Shown: positions 26,266 to 45,587 of the stretch, piece by piece
Numbering within the stretch: position 1 is the first letter of the stretch
Layout: each line of letters begins with the position of its first letter
Origin: Takakia lepidozioides
Taxonomy: Eukaryota > Plantae > Bryophyta
Assembly: GCA_030704615.1 (NCBI GenBank)
Contig: CM060732.1
Span: 17,608,001 to 17,672,000, forward strand
Length of the DNA stretch: 64,000 nt
Direction: 5' to 3'
Translations under genes and position numbers: made by a program
Notes under the pieces: model-generated
What the model saw: only the letters and a program-made list of their open reading frames with translations
What the model was told of the DNA's origin: nothing
The model's database searches: none

Positions 26266-26912
26266 AACATTAAAAGGACTTAGTGAAATTTAAGGGCCTT
26301 TGGAGGATTGTTTGGAAGATATTTGAGGGCCCTTGGAGGAGTGTTTGGAGGATCTTTGGGGTCCTTGGAGGAGTATTGGAGGATTCTTTGAGCTTTGGTG
26401 GACAATGTTGAAAAGCTCTTGAAGGATTGATTGAGGGATATTTTAAGGATACTTGCCACGGCCATACAAGCGAGTGGATAGAAACAAGAGAGAGAGTGGT
26501 GGGATGAGAGCATTCTGGGGTTAGAAATTGCTTTAGTTTCTCTTCCCCATAGTCTTTCACCTCTCTGTAGGCCAAAACCTTTCCGTAGGTGGAGGCAAGA
26601 GTTAGTCCGGGTTTGGGCTGGGGTGTCCTTGCAGGAGCGACACTGTGGAGTGTTTTTGGTGTGGGGGAGTTGTTGTCTTGATGCTTTGTGTGGGCGCTTG
26701 TTTTCATAGGAGGTTGGTCCGGATTTGATCACCGGCCAATCCTAGAGTATGTTGTCGGTGGTGAGGCTGGAGTGATGACCAGCAAGATCACCAGTGTTTC
26801 TTCTATGGTGAGGCTAGGCATGCCACCACCCTACATCCCCAAGAGATACGACAAGCACAGGAACTGACAAAATTGTGCGGACACAATTTCAAAAGAGAGG
26901 GGGGGGGGTAAA

Positions 26913-27786
26913 TGTTAACGGCTAAGCTACGAGGGCCAGACAGCGAGGGTCACGATGGGACATACCGGGTGGTGATTGGTTTACACTACGGGCAGAAAAG
27001 GCTAAGTACGCGGCACTTAGCAAACGGCGGAACAAGGGTACATTACCACGGGAACAATAGTGGATAGTGTAGCAACCGTGGGCCGTGAACCACGATATCA
27101 CACGGCCACGATAGCATCGGCTTTTACTAATAGAGGAAGTAGTGAAGGACCGTGGAGCGTGTACCACTATGGCACACGAGCACTACAACAAGCCACTTTT
27201 TTAGCAAACCCTTTAGGTTGCATAGGTAGTTAGGCAACGGTCATTAACGATTGCAGGCTATAACGGCTCTTTCGAGCAGAGTATAAAAGGGGCTGCACGC
27301 AACTTAGAAGGTATCAGTGATTAGTGTGTATTCATTGGACTCAGAGTGATTCGAAGTGTACTTCATGCTATGATGTGATGGACTCTGAAGTAAATTCATG
27401 CTATTCCAAGTATCTCTGTGTAGAGTGAATGTGAGATGGAGAGAATGTGCATTATGAGAGAACGTGAGATGGTGAGAATGTGTATCATCTCAGAATAGCT
27501 CTTGTTTTGTCTTGACTACCATCTGACGTATAAACAAAGAGGTCAGCCTTTCCAACTAAGATCTTTTAGGCTAGTGAGACTGTAGGTTGGGCTTAATCAA
27601 TAGGATTAAGCAACCTGCAGAGATATTGATTCATATGACGGCCATGGTTTAGTTATCCTTATTAAAACGATTACTTTGTAATCGTTTCTGAAAACATACC
27701 GTCGGACAACCTCTGTTGCATGTCTTGGGAAATGGGCAGTAGTGCTGAGGGCCTGTTTTGTCTAAGTCATAAACCAGCGGTTAACA
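26913..27786 (+). repeat. 3' LTR, family B
   Basis: TGTTAAC...GTTAACA; preceded by PPT AAAAGAGAGGGGGGGGGG (26891-26908); matches 11950-12829. Confidence 0.92.
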
Positions 27787-27995
27787 AACTAGCACACTCA
27801 TTCTCTCTCACTTCGACAATCGCACACCAATGAAATCGATGTTATAAGATGAGGGCAGATGAGGGCCGGGGGTAGGATGGATGTGAAAGATAACGTCTGC
27901 AATGGCTGAAAAAGGTAAATCAATCCGCGGAAATAGGTGCCCCCCGCGGAAATAGGCCCTGTAAGTTCCGAGTTCAAAGATGACGTGGCGTGAGC

Positions 27996-30900
27996 CTATG
28001 CTGGGCTCACGAGCTCCTGGGCTCTCAAGCTCACGGAATAGCATCCCTGATCTTCATCACATCGGTTGGATTCTAGTTTTGACTGGCAGATTTTGAGGCA
28101 CTTGTTTAATGGGCCACTATCTTTTTTTTTTTTTCTAATTTTTGCTAGCTCCTGGCTCATCCTTTGGCTTTCAATGTTGACAGCCTTTAGTTTGGCTAGG
28201 AAGAGTTGCGTTGGGTTGAGGTGATCGTTTCCAGCTTGAGTCCAAGCTTGCAGGAGACCATGTTTAAAGCTTGGTAACTTAAGGAGGAGGTTATTGATTT
28301 TGTAGAGGCCTCTGCCCCGTTTATAAGAATCAGGTAGTGCTATGGAGAGGATGATTGGGGCATGGTCAAAGCTTAAGGGAATGGGTTCTTGAGGGGTTCT
28401 TTTGGCATATTGCACTAGGTTGAGGGAAAGATAAGCCCCGTCAAGACGTGCCATACTAAGGTCTGCAAGAGATCTATTATTGGACCAGGTAAATGTGACA
28501 TTTGAGGTCTGGCCAAAGATGGGTACTACCTCTGTCAGGTTGTGGGTTTGAGTACAGTTGAACCATTGGTCCATTTCTTATGGGTTCGAGGTAAATGACC
28601 CTACACCTCTCTTATCCTCTTGCATTTCTACCATGTTGAAGTCCCTAGAAACTATCCAGCTATCTATATAAGGCTGCTCCTGCATTTTGGTATTAAGAAG
28701 ATTCCAAAACTCCGATCTTTCTGCAGAGGTGTTTGGCGCATAGATATTCACCAGCCCAACTGGACCAGCAGAGTTGGGTAGAGTTAATGCACAAAATTGC
28801 AGTCTTCTGGGTAGCCATATAGCCTCTGTTGTGAGGAAGGGGTGAATGAAGGGAGAAAGAAAAATTGCAATTCCTCCTTTGGTGCCAGAGGAGGTAGGTT
28901 TCCAGAATGAATTAGCCAATGGCCATAGATAATCTGACAGGCTATCGATTTTCCCTTGGTCTAGTTTGTGTTCCTGCAGGAATATGATAGAGTGATTTGC
29001 AAGGAAGGGGGCCAACCAAGTTTTGATTTTCAATCTCTTTAGAGAAGTCGGGTCAGATCCTAGCCCTCTGATGTTCCATGAGTGGAGGTCAAAGATCATT
29101 GATAGGCAGTGGTAGGCTCGGACTGACAGTCTCATTTGATGGCCTAGTTACTTGATAAATGAATTTAACCCTACGGTCTCTTGGTCGCAAAGAGTTGACC
29201 CAGACAAAGTTGTCTGGGGGTTTACGGGTCTTCTTTTGAATGAATATGAAAACTCCTCTTGGTTTGCTCAGACTGGGGTCTAGGGAGGATAGGAACTGGT
29301 CTGTAGACACCGTGGAAACGGTGACCGATAGAATGGAGACTCCAGTAGGAAGAATTCAGTTGAGTACAGGGTATGAAATCCAGGATATCTGTCAAGGAGT
29401 GAGCCATCAGATGGCAGAGTCCCTCAGGGTAAGCTGTCTGGCAAGTAAAAAACTGGCAGCCTGTGCCTTTCCTGCTTCCCCCAAGAGTGTTTCCCTCTAC
29501 CGCACAACATCCAACATCTATTGGAGCTCCCGGATAAGACTTGGTAAATGAAGTAGGGGGAGGGAGAGGAGGGCACCTTGATTGGAGAAGGATGGGAAAA
29601 GGGTGTTAAAGCCCTGGGTGGAGAAGTCAGTTGAGAAGCCGCCTGCGAATTGGCCTGGGTTGTATCCAAGATAGTCAATATGCGCAGAGCTCCCACCTCC
29701 GGGTCAAAGTGATTAATATTGCCTTTGACCCGGAGGTGGGAGCTTTGCGCATATTTGTGTGGAAGATTCCACTTGGGATTCCGAGGAAGATGGCTAATGT
29801 ACTGTCCGTCTGTTACCTGGTCCGTGTGCTCCCTGGTCCGTTGGACCTCCATTATGTAGTTGTTCCCATCCATCTCAGAGTCCAAGTGGGCTTCCAGTAA
29901 CTGAAATCCGTTCACTAAGGTATCCTGGTTACGAATTTGCAGTTTGTGACTTCCTCTCGGTGCTGATAGCCACTCCTCGTAAGTCCAGATGTATTGGTGG
30001 AGGGGAAGTGTAGATTTTTGCATCCTCCATAAGGGCCAGAATGTGGGTTGAGGGTTTGACACTCAGTCCGGGGTGATCTTCCAGGTATGCTCCCCACGAG
30101 ATTTTGGTGAGAGGTGATAGTGAATAATGCTTCTGGTGTTTCTGGAAGAATTGTTGTATTTTATCCTTGAATAAAATCTCTGGGCTGCTATTGGGAGGGT
30201 TGGATTGCATATAATGCTTGATATTTGCCGAAGTTATCCATAAAGAATCGACACATTCGAAGTCATTTGATGTGATCAGAATGGCTGGAGGTTTGCTCTT
30301 CCTGAAAATCAATGGGGTAACACAGGCAGCCTTTGGTGTGTCCATAATCTCTAAAGCCGAGCATCCCCTAAGATTCAGGTGTGGGAATGAGCAGGTTTGG
30401 AGACAGGTGTTAACGAAGCTGGAGTTACATGCAATCCCAGTGGTGATTTTGGGAAAGGAGTTATTGATAGGAAGTGTCAGTCTGACCACTCTTTGTGGTG
30501 AGCCATCCCCTTTTTTTTTCCTTTCCTTTTGCGGTAGTGGCCTCCTGCAGTTGTTCCGCATGTTTTTTTTGTCCCTTTGTAATAGCAGCCTCCCGTTGTT
30601 GGTGTGCCATCAGTTCTTCCTGCATAGGATCTGTGTATGTTCCTTCCCTACCAGCAGTATGAAGCCGGGTTTTGGGTTGCAGTGGATCATTTGGTGCAGT
30701 GTACAGGGTTTGACCCCTCCGGTGAAATGATGAGGGACCTGAATGTGGAGTAGGAGATTGTACTTCCTGCTTTTGATTAGAGCCTGCTGCTGGAGTCCCT
30801 CCTTGATCTTGTAAATGAGGGATGGTGGAAGGCTGGGAGTGTTTGCGTTTAGCCGTAGGGCAGTCCAGTTTAATGTGGCCCAACTAGCCACAGTTGAAGC

Positions 30901-31657
30901 AAGTTGTGTAGGTAGTGTCTTCTATGAGCTGGATTGTGAAGTAGTTGTCTTCCTCGTCTATTGGCAGTTAACAAATTGTGGGAGAACATCTTCGTTCGGC
31001 ATCATCAAAACAAATTTGGCACATCCTGTTTCGTGAAGGCGTGAAGCAATAGTCACCGATTTCCAAGCCGGGTCCTGCCTTAGGTTATGTGTACACATTT
31101 GGGGGTCAAATATAGCCAGACACCCAAGGTATGAACCAAAGTGGTTTGCTATATCTGCCAAGTTTACCAAGTACTGGTCTAGGATGTAGGGGACCGAGAC
31201 AATGCGAGGGCCCCAGAGTTTTCCATTCCTGTTGCCCATCCTTGGTGACCAAAGAAATATATTGACGTTGAAACCCTTTGTATGAGGATTGAATAGTAAT
31301 GCATCATTAGCTGCCTCTTGTGTTTCAAAGATGATTGAGAAAAAACCGCGTCATTTTGCATGGCAGAACTGCTGTCTCAGTTCACCATGGCCTCCAAGAT
31401 GTCTGATGGCCCAATCCCTGACAAAAAGCCCTATCTACTTTTTTCCCCGGAAAGTGAATGAGAATACCTGACTCTTCCATTGTTGCTACTCTCTTCTACA
31501 GTTCTGGGATGTTCATGTCGATCATGGGGTAGTCCTTATCCAAGTCGTCTTGATTGAGTACTTTTTCTTCCTCCCAGTCCGTTGGCAGATTCTCCAAAAT
31601 TGGGGGACTCGGAAGGTTCGGCAGAAAAGAGCTTAGCCTGGGAATTTTGAGAAGTGG

Positions 31658-31700
<43 letters not shown>
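27996..31700 (-). mobile_element. L1-clade LINE, 5' part: ORF1 (zinc knuckle) plus APE endonuclease; RT missing
   Basis: CFNCG*LGHIKLDC (about 30860-30900); SWNIRGL, IIFLQEHK, VNIYAPN, RDFN, ARLD, DHAPI. Confidence 0.88.
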
Positions 31701-31710
31701 CGGGGAGGGG
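31661..31710. repeat. Poly-G tract (about 40 G)
   Basis: Directly visible. Confidence 0.95.
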
Positions 31711-31934
31711 TCTTACTGAACCACTGGCAGAATCAATCGTGCCAGAAAAAAGCCTGTCCCGGACGACGGGTTGGTTCTTCTGTGATTATTGTGCATTCCA
31801 CAATTGACACCTCGAGTCTATCAAACGCAAGCTATGCTTGGCGGCAAGTGCTTGCTGGGATATGTGAAGGCAGCCAAAGGTCCAAGGGAGATAAAAGTGG
31901 CGAAGGTAGTGGCCAAATGACCGTTGGGGGTCAT

Positions 31935-32990
31935 TTTTTTTTATTGAAATGAAGTTTTTTTTTTAGTGAATAGGGGGATTGAATCCCTGATTAATTTATT
32001 GAAATAATTATTTGGAGGGGAAAAAAATTAAAACCTCAATTACGCCATAAGGTACACACACTGTGATCAGTGTTTGAAGAATCAACAATCTCTGATGGAG
32101 ATTTAAGTCCAATGGACAAAGACCATGTCCCTAGTAAATGCACTTCTCTACGAATAACTCCCAATGGAGAAAAGTCGAAGAGACCAAAAAACAGGGCACA
32201 CTGCCCAAGACTCCAAGTGTAGCAGATGCGTAACCTAATTACTGCTGGGTTGCTGAAGAACAGACATGGTATAGCGGGGATGTTTTGAGATTGGTGTAAA
32301 TGAGTCTTTGACTTGGGAGTGATAAAGAGATCGTTCTATCTATAGAATAGTTTAGAAGCAGTCGAGGAGTGTTTTAGATGCTTCCAGTTGACCTCCCTTT
32401 CGAACTCAGGGAAAAGTGTGGAGTGGTGCACGGAGGTCTCTCAACGGTTGAGGAGGGAGCTCGTTCCAACTGAATTGGTCTTGCGTAGGGCGCTGCATAT
32501 GATGTTCTGCTTGCCCCAAGTGTGTTGAAATCTCTTGTGGATCGTTGCTGCATTCGTGGAGTGTCGTTGGGTGTCTGCACAAAGCTTGACCCAGGCCTTC
32601 CTGGCTTCAGTTTGCAAATCAAGAAAGACCAAGGTAAGAAGGGCTCATATAGTTGTGGTTTGGCCATTGAAGGTATTTTTGCATCGAAGCTTCCAAATAT
32701 GCCACAACACCGATGCCCTGAGGGTTTCAACACTGGACAGTTGAGGCTTCTACCTTTGGTTGCTGGATCATAGTTTAGTAAGATGTCTGTGTCCGAGAGA
32801 ACCCATTGATACCAACATCTGTAGAAGGATCTCACATATGGCCAGATCTTGGCTGGAGCTTGACATAGAAGGAGACAGTGTTCAAGAGATTCCAAAACAG
32901 CAGTGGAACAGCAAGCACACAGTACCGCCCCTTGAAACTGAAGCCATTCCCCAACCTTTAAAACCCTATTCACTACTTGCCAGAGGAAAG
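31935..32990 (-). mobile_element. 5'-truncated L1 LINE 3' end (zf-RVT region, 3' UTR, A-rich tail)
   Basis: CACC...ESLEHCLLLC...KIW and LWHIWKLRCK..F; AATAAA and A-runs on the minus strand near 31935-32010. Confidence 0.75.
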
Positions 32991-33019
32991 CGGCAATTTT
33001 CGATGGGCAATTTTATGGA

Positions 33020-34810
33020 ATTATGTTATGGCTAATAATAATGTATCTTACGACGATGGGTCTCTCTCTACAAGAGAGCCAATAAGAAAATGAGTGTAAC
33101 ATGTGCCCAAGTGGGAACTAAAAACTTTCATGTTCCCATAAAGTCTCATGGGAACAACCCATGATATAAGGTTAAGGGCACTTTGGCCAACTTGATGCGT
33201 AGTCCCTACCCTGTGGGGCAAGGCCAACAAATGCAATGTCGCGAAATTGAGAGGAGCGCCGCCCAGAAACCCACAAACCCTATGTCCTTCGCTTTTCAAG
33301 GAAATGCCATAACCGCGCTTGGAAAATTCGAATCCATGGATCATGGCATGTCCTATGGCCTAATCAGATGATGACATGTATTGTGGCTAAAGCTTCATGG
33401 CATGTCAATCCAATGACTCACATGCTTGCTGAGCCCAACACCTGTACAGTGCAGATCATGCAGAACATTCCACCATGCAGAACGCCATTGTGTAGAACAA
33501 CCTCTCCCTTGTGACCGCAGTTGTGGCAAATGCAACTAGTGTTGTTTTTTGACAGGTAGCCCTACCTTTTTTGTGACAGGTTAAATTTTGTTTTGACTTT
33601 CACTGTGACAGACAACTTTGAGAAAATGCCTTTCACATGACAGGTTGACAGATTTTTGACCTTTCACACAATTTTGTCATATGAATTAAAACGAAAAATG
33701 AAAAGAAGTGTGAACTTCTTACAACTACAATTAGAGAAGCTCCAGTCCGTGGAAAAAAAATAAAAATAAATCCGTGAATACATATGGTATTGTCTTTATT
33801 GTTTTCATGGGTTCCAAGTCCAACTCAAACATGTAGCATTCGTACCACTTATTCTCTAACTATAAGACTTTAGCATTTTTATCTTCATACGTAGCCCCAA
33901 GCCTCTCTTCTTTGAGAGATATTTTCTTGGCTTATCAATGAGCTAGGAAATACAATATGCCATATGATTGTAAGTTTGTAAGTAAAGATTTTGAATCATG
34001 CAGGATGGCCGTGTCGAATTAGGTGCACTTGTTTGAATATGGCACCTCCTCCCCAACAAATGCTTTTGAAACAGGATCATGAGAGGGACTCGAGAAGAAT
34101 TTTTTTGGCACTGCTGCGGCTGTGGGTACCCAGTGTAAGGGAGAACAAGTTAAACAGGCACTACACGTCTTGAACCAACAATTCATTTTGGCTGCCAGAC
34201 TCCAGTACTTAATTGTGCATTTTACAAAGGTGTATCAAGAGTAAAGACCTAGAAACGGGAAAGCAAGTGCATGCCCACATTATCCAACATGGATTCGAGC
34301 CAAATATCCGTCTACTCAACACCCTTGTCACAAAATAATAATAATAATAATAATAATAATGGAGGGTAGAGCACGCATAGGAAACAAGTCTAAAACGGCG
34401 ATTGGCTCTCTTGCTTTGGCAAAACATATGAGGAAGGTGAGAGAGGGGCATGACTCAGCGCAACACACAAATCGGTGCCTTTACACGGTGTAATGGCCTT
34501 TGACCACATTTTCTCCATTGACTTCAACTTGATGCAAAGTCTCTCTCTACAAGAGAGCCAACAAAGACGGAGAGCCTAGATTGAAATACAAAGAAGGGCA
34601 GTTGGGAGTGCCTCTCCTAGGTGGACTTAGTAATAAAATTACCCCTAATTATCAGAAATTTCCGCCTTTCTTTTGACGGGCTATTTTTTTTTTTTGACTT
34701 TCACTGTGACAGGCATTTTTTTCTCACTGCCTTTCTTTTGACAGGCTCATATTTTTTTTGCCTTTTTTTGCCTGTCAAATGCCCTGTGACAGGTGCAAAA
34801 ATCAGCCTTG
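33020..34810. mobile_element. Short non-autonomous (MITE-like) repeats upstream of UAP56
   Basis: TCTCTCTCTACAAGAGAGCCAA at about 33061 and 34540, an inverted partial copy at about 34402, and TGTGACAG clusters at 33550-33660 and 34700-34795. Confidence 0.4.
34334..34360. repeat. (AAT)n microsatellite
   Basis: Directly visible. Confidence 0.95.
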
Positions 34811-35155
34811 AATGCAACCTCCATATTGACTGTGGGGGTCTATGGAGCGTTGCCCACCCTGCAGGCAAAGACCGCTGACAGATGGCAGCGCATAGCTCGT
34901 AGGGGTACATATAACGTCCAGCGTCTCTCCTAATGGAGCAGCCAATAAAGATAAAAATCTAGAGAAGATAAAATATCTTTGACGTCCATATTTTTGGCGA
35001 CAGAATGACGCGGCAATTAGTCTTGACGGATCTGAACCGTTGAAAAGAGAAACACAAACGGTGGATGATAGTAGATAGACGGAGGAGTTTGAGACTCGAG
35101 AGTCACGGAGGTGCGCGTGCGTCCCACAGCTGGTCAACGCAGCCCTTGGGATTGT

Positions 35156-35164
35156 CTAGGGTTT
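35156..35164 (-). promoter_or_regulatory. Telo-box (AAACCCTAG) in the UAP56 5' region
   Basis: CTAGGGTTT near the probable 5' UTR exon; the motif is typical of plant translation and RNA-processing genes. Confidence 0.45.
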
Positions 35165-35326
35165 GAAGAGCTGCTGCATCACGAGAGATCTAGATAACGA
35201 GAGGGTAAGATTGATAGCACATTACTTCTCCATCCTGACGCCTGCCATCTGTTTTGTTTTTTAGAGTTTACATCGCAAGCTGGTTTCTGTGAGGTGAGAG
35301 AACGCAGGTTGTTGCTCTTTTTCTCG

Positions 35327-41391
<6,065 letters not shown>

Positions 41392-42538
41392 GAATTTCCA
41401 GAAGTGGGCCTTTTGTTGGGTGCTCTAATCTAGAACTAGCATAAAGTGAAATTGGTACTCTGACAGTAGATCAAATTGGTATCTTGTTACTTAGTTACTA
41501 ATGGTTCGGTGCTTGGTATTGCAACAAGCGATGTTATAATGACTCGTGCATGTAGAATGCTTCAGTTCAAGGCATGCTAAGGCTCTCATCCTCTGCATTA
41601 CTAACAGAAGAGATCTATATTGCTTTCCCCTTCCAGTTGTTGGTTTTTGTTGTCCTCTCTATTCAGCAAAACAGAGTTTTCAACCCTCCAGCTAGTGTTG
41701 GTGAGGAGATGGTCTCAATATAAAACGAGGACAGCTGTTTTATCCATCTGTAGCACATATACATACTGAACTGTCGAGAAATGATTTGTATTGTAGATAT
41801 GATCATCAAGATACTAAAGGCTATGTCGAATTCACTAAAGGAATTGAGTACAGGAACACACAGGCCAAGAGCCTGTAGTGGATTCAACTCCCGAACACCC
41901 TGAGAAGTTAGAAGTACATGGATATTTTCTCAATGAGACTTGTGGTTATCTATTCTTCCCACAAGAATAGAGAATTGCAAACAAAGGATCTATTTTGGGG
42001 TAAAGCGCCATAAGGGAACTAGTGTGAAATGGAAACTTCTACCAACCATTCTTTGCATACAACATGAAAACGGAAAGTAGACAAGATACACTCAATTTTC
42101 CCAGGGTCTAAAAATATTGGAAATGGAAATGCGTCTGTGATCATCCAGATGCTTGTACTGGGCTTGCATGCCAAATAGAACACATATCATAGGTTGGTTC
42201 TTACTTTGCAAACTAGCAATTGATCTGAATATCGTAAAACCGTCGCTCTGTGAAGGGCCATATTTTCCTAGGCTAGAAATGTCTTTTTTCATCCAAAACG
42301 GCGATACACATCCATCGTATATTTTTTGGGCGTAAAGTGCTGTTAAACCGTTACAATGATATCTAGGTTAGGGTTAGTTTTGGCTGGTGGCCACATCCTG
42401 GCCCTTCATCAGATCTAGGGTGATAAAACAGCGCTGTGGGTGACACCTCGCCACGCGGCGGGCAACGCTTTTTGTATAAAGACGGCGCCCTGACACAGGT
42501 GAGGGGCGGTGTCACTCGGGTGTTAGTGTATATGTGAG

Positions 42539-44203
42539 ATGGCGATACAATGTGCTACATTCACAACTATGCTTGACCAATCTACAAAAGAAATAAACAG
42601 TCAAGCGGAAAAATGTACAAATGCAGAAGAGGAGAATGTTGAGCAATTGAAACTCATTGTCGATATGAAGAATACAATCTGTCGCAATGAGGATACTTTC
42701 AAGCAATATAGGCAGGTTGAAGCTGATCAAGAGAAGCACATCGTGGAGTTGCAACAAACGCTTATGGCCAATAGAACTGAAATCACGGTCACTAACAAGG
42801 CTTGGAAGGAAGCTAATAATCAACTTGCTGCTTATGCAAATTTGGTTGAACCTCAGGCGAAGCGCATGGAGGCTTTACAACAGCAGTTAGAAGTGTACAA
42901 GCTTAGAGAGGAGCAAACTCTCAGGGGAACCACAAGCAACTTGGTGGATAACAGCCTTATGCAGGTCTGGTTAGCACAAGGGCCAGTAGAGGGCAAAGCA
43001 CCACGAAAGCTCACCCAAAGCGAGATGAATGAGCTCAGACTACAAGTGCAGAACATTGCCACAACTACTATAGACAATGTCTATAGTAGAATAGCAGAGT
43101 TACAGGAGGATGTAGACGGACTGCAGACTCAAGTGGAGGACCTCACTTCAAACATCGACAAAAGAGTCTATATCCCTCAAGAACAGCTAATGGCTTCTTA
43201 TTTACAAGCCAGAATTTTGGCTTTTCAGTCTTCACAGGAGGTACAGGAGATGCCAATGATACAAGAGCCAGTAGCACCAACACCACAACAAGTCACGGTA
43301 CCAGTAGCTGAACTTGTTGTTACTACAACCACACCACAGCCACCACAGCCTGAGGTATGGGGCAATGCTGCTTTTAACCCACCTAAAACTCCAGCTGCAA
43401 GGGAGTACAGTAGGGCTATGATTATGCCCTTCAACCAAATTCCCATCATGTTGGATTTAGCTTGGAAAGAATTTAGTCCTCCGTAGTCATTCGCACATTA
43501 CTACCAAATCATGCGCATCTGGCTGCCAGTGGCAACTAGGACTAAAGTTCTTCCGAACAATCGATCAATTGAGGATCATCACTTTGCACAGTACTGGCAC
43601 GAGGCAAGTACCATGTTGAGGGAATTAATTCCTTTCCAGGTTGTACATGGACTCATTTATACCAAGACCAAGGAGGTAGCAAGTATTGTCATGGGATGCG
43701 GGTTATACTACGCTGCTTGTTTTCTGGTACGTTATCACATTGAGCAACAAAAGATGCAAACACGCTTTCTGAGTTATTCTAGTGGAGATCATTGGGTATT
43801 ACCTTCGGTGCCACCTCACATGTACCTATATGACCCAAAAGTTATGATGCAAAAGGATTCTAAAATTCGTTCATGGTTTCAAGCGGCCTGGAACAATTTG
43901 TCAACACAGAAATTCGGCATTGATGATATTTTCTATAAGGGACATGTGGCATGGAAATACTTGCACGCTGCACCAGTAATTGGTACCCCACTCACCTGGA
44001 CAGACAAGGAGCTCAGTGTCTACACCAATTTTGCTGTTCAGCGGTTATACCAAGTTGTAAAATATAAACTTCCAGACATGGTAGGACAACATTGTATGCC
44101 CCAGAGGATTCCACAAAAAGTTCAAATATTAAAACACCTGAGGGGCGATGAGGATTCTGATACAACTGTTTCTTCACCGAATTCTTTTGACATGGGAGAA
44201 TGC
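42539..44203 (+). pseudogene. Extra ORF2 copy (family A), one internal TAG, truncated at the MULE-like junction
   Basis: Homologous to 2998-4932 along its length; no PPT or LTR follows. Confidence 0.8.
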
Positions 44204-44228
44204 AAGCCATGAATCCAGTTTTGGCAGA

Positions 44229-45587
44229 CTATTTTATGTGCAAGGTAGCACTATCTTTCCATTCATAACAGAGCTGAGTGTGCCTTTCACGGAAGTCCTC
44301 CAAAATATAGTCGTTGGTGTGTCTTCGGAGGCTTTCAGCCCAATGATATAAACATGTTATTTCTTTACCTTCCATTGGGACATTGGGATCAGATCCACAA
44401 ACCCTTCGAACAGCAGCCCAATTCGCTCCTGCTGCATCCGCCATGAAGCCAGCAAAATTTGGTTTGTTCAAGCCAGCAAATTTTGCTTGTTTATTGATCA
44501 TCTCGCAGAATAACACCTGAGCATCTGCATCCTCTGTTTTCATATCGCAAATGGCAATGGTCATCATTCGCTTGACATATGGTTCATAGACATGACACGC
44601 AAGAGTTGTCCAATCCTTGATGCGTTTGACATGGTCAAATACTACCCAACTTATGCGTAGATCCCCCTCACTCATGCGACGCACAAGATCAACACCACTC
44701 CCGGGACCAGCAACAGACATCTTGAAAACATGGGGGAGATGAGAAGTATGCTGGCCTGGAAGGAGATTGTTATGAATGAAATGGTATGTACTCAGACGCT
44801 TCAACTCCAATATGGACATGATGGAATTGACACGTGCAGATGCGACCTTGTTTTTCACATTGGGGCTACAAACATGGGCAAACTCTTCAAGAATATCTTC
44901 CAAAGCCTCTCCCTCAAGACGTACAGTCTCTGTGCCATCAGCCACAAGAACTCGATCAATCAAGAGCTTCTGGGCCATTGACAAGGAAATAGCTCCCGGG
45001 GTCGACCATGGCTTCATCTTAACGTGCTCTTGAATCATGCTTGATGCATTTTCCGCAGCCTCTCTATTCTCGCCCTTGGCACATGGATGGTTATGAAACC
45101 CAACATGAACTGCAACACGTGTATATGTTGGAAGGGAACTTGTGACATAGTACATTCTTGCCCCAGAATGCGCCTCACAGAAAGGTCTTTCTTTGCAGAA
45201 ACTACACTTGAACTGGTTGAATGGAACTTGGGCTCCTGCAATGAACACCTTGTCTGCATTGCCTTCCCAATAGCGGTCATTCCGTTCTCCTTCTTTCTTG
45301 AAGAAGGGGCAAGTGCTGCTTTGACATATGAGCTTTCCAACACAAAGAACCTTACTACATTTCACATGATCTGGAACACCAGACATATTGTAGGTATTGG
45401 TCTTGCACCAAGGATGACCATCAAACTTGCGGTCCATGCCTTGGAGGGACTGTGAACCACGGTCCGTACGTAGTTTGACCATGGGGGGGAGTTCGTGGAT
45501 CACTTTTCCATCAAAAGCTCGAGGAAGGTGACTGATGCACTGGAATGTGACTATCGTCCAAGGTAGAAAGCTCTCATTTTGATCCAT
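44229..45587 (-). mobile_element. MULE-like transposase with an N-terminal GCM/WRKY-like zinc DNA-binding domain, C-terminally truncated
   Basis: Cys/His pattern CVGKLIC..C...CSFC...HVGFHNHP; DDE core VFDHVK...FMADAA...CLYHW (CxxH); third acidic residue not present. Confidence 0.7.
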
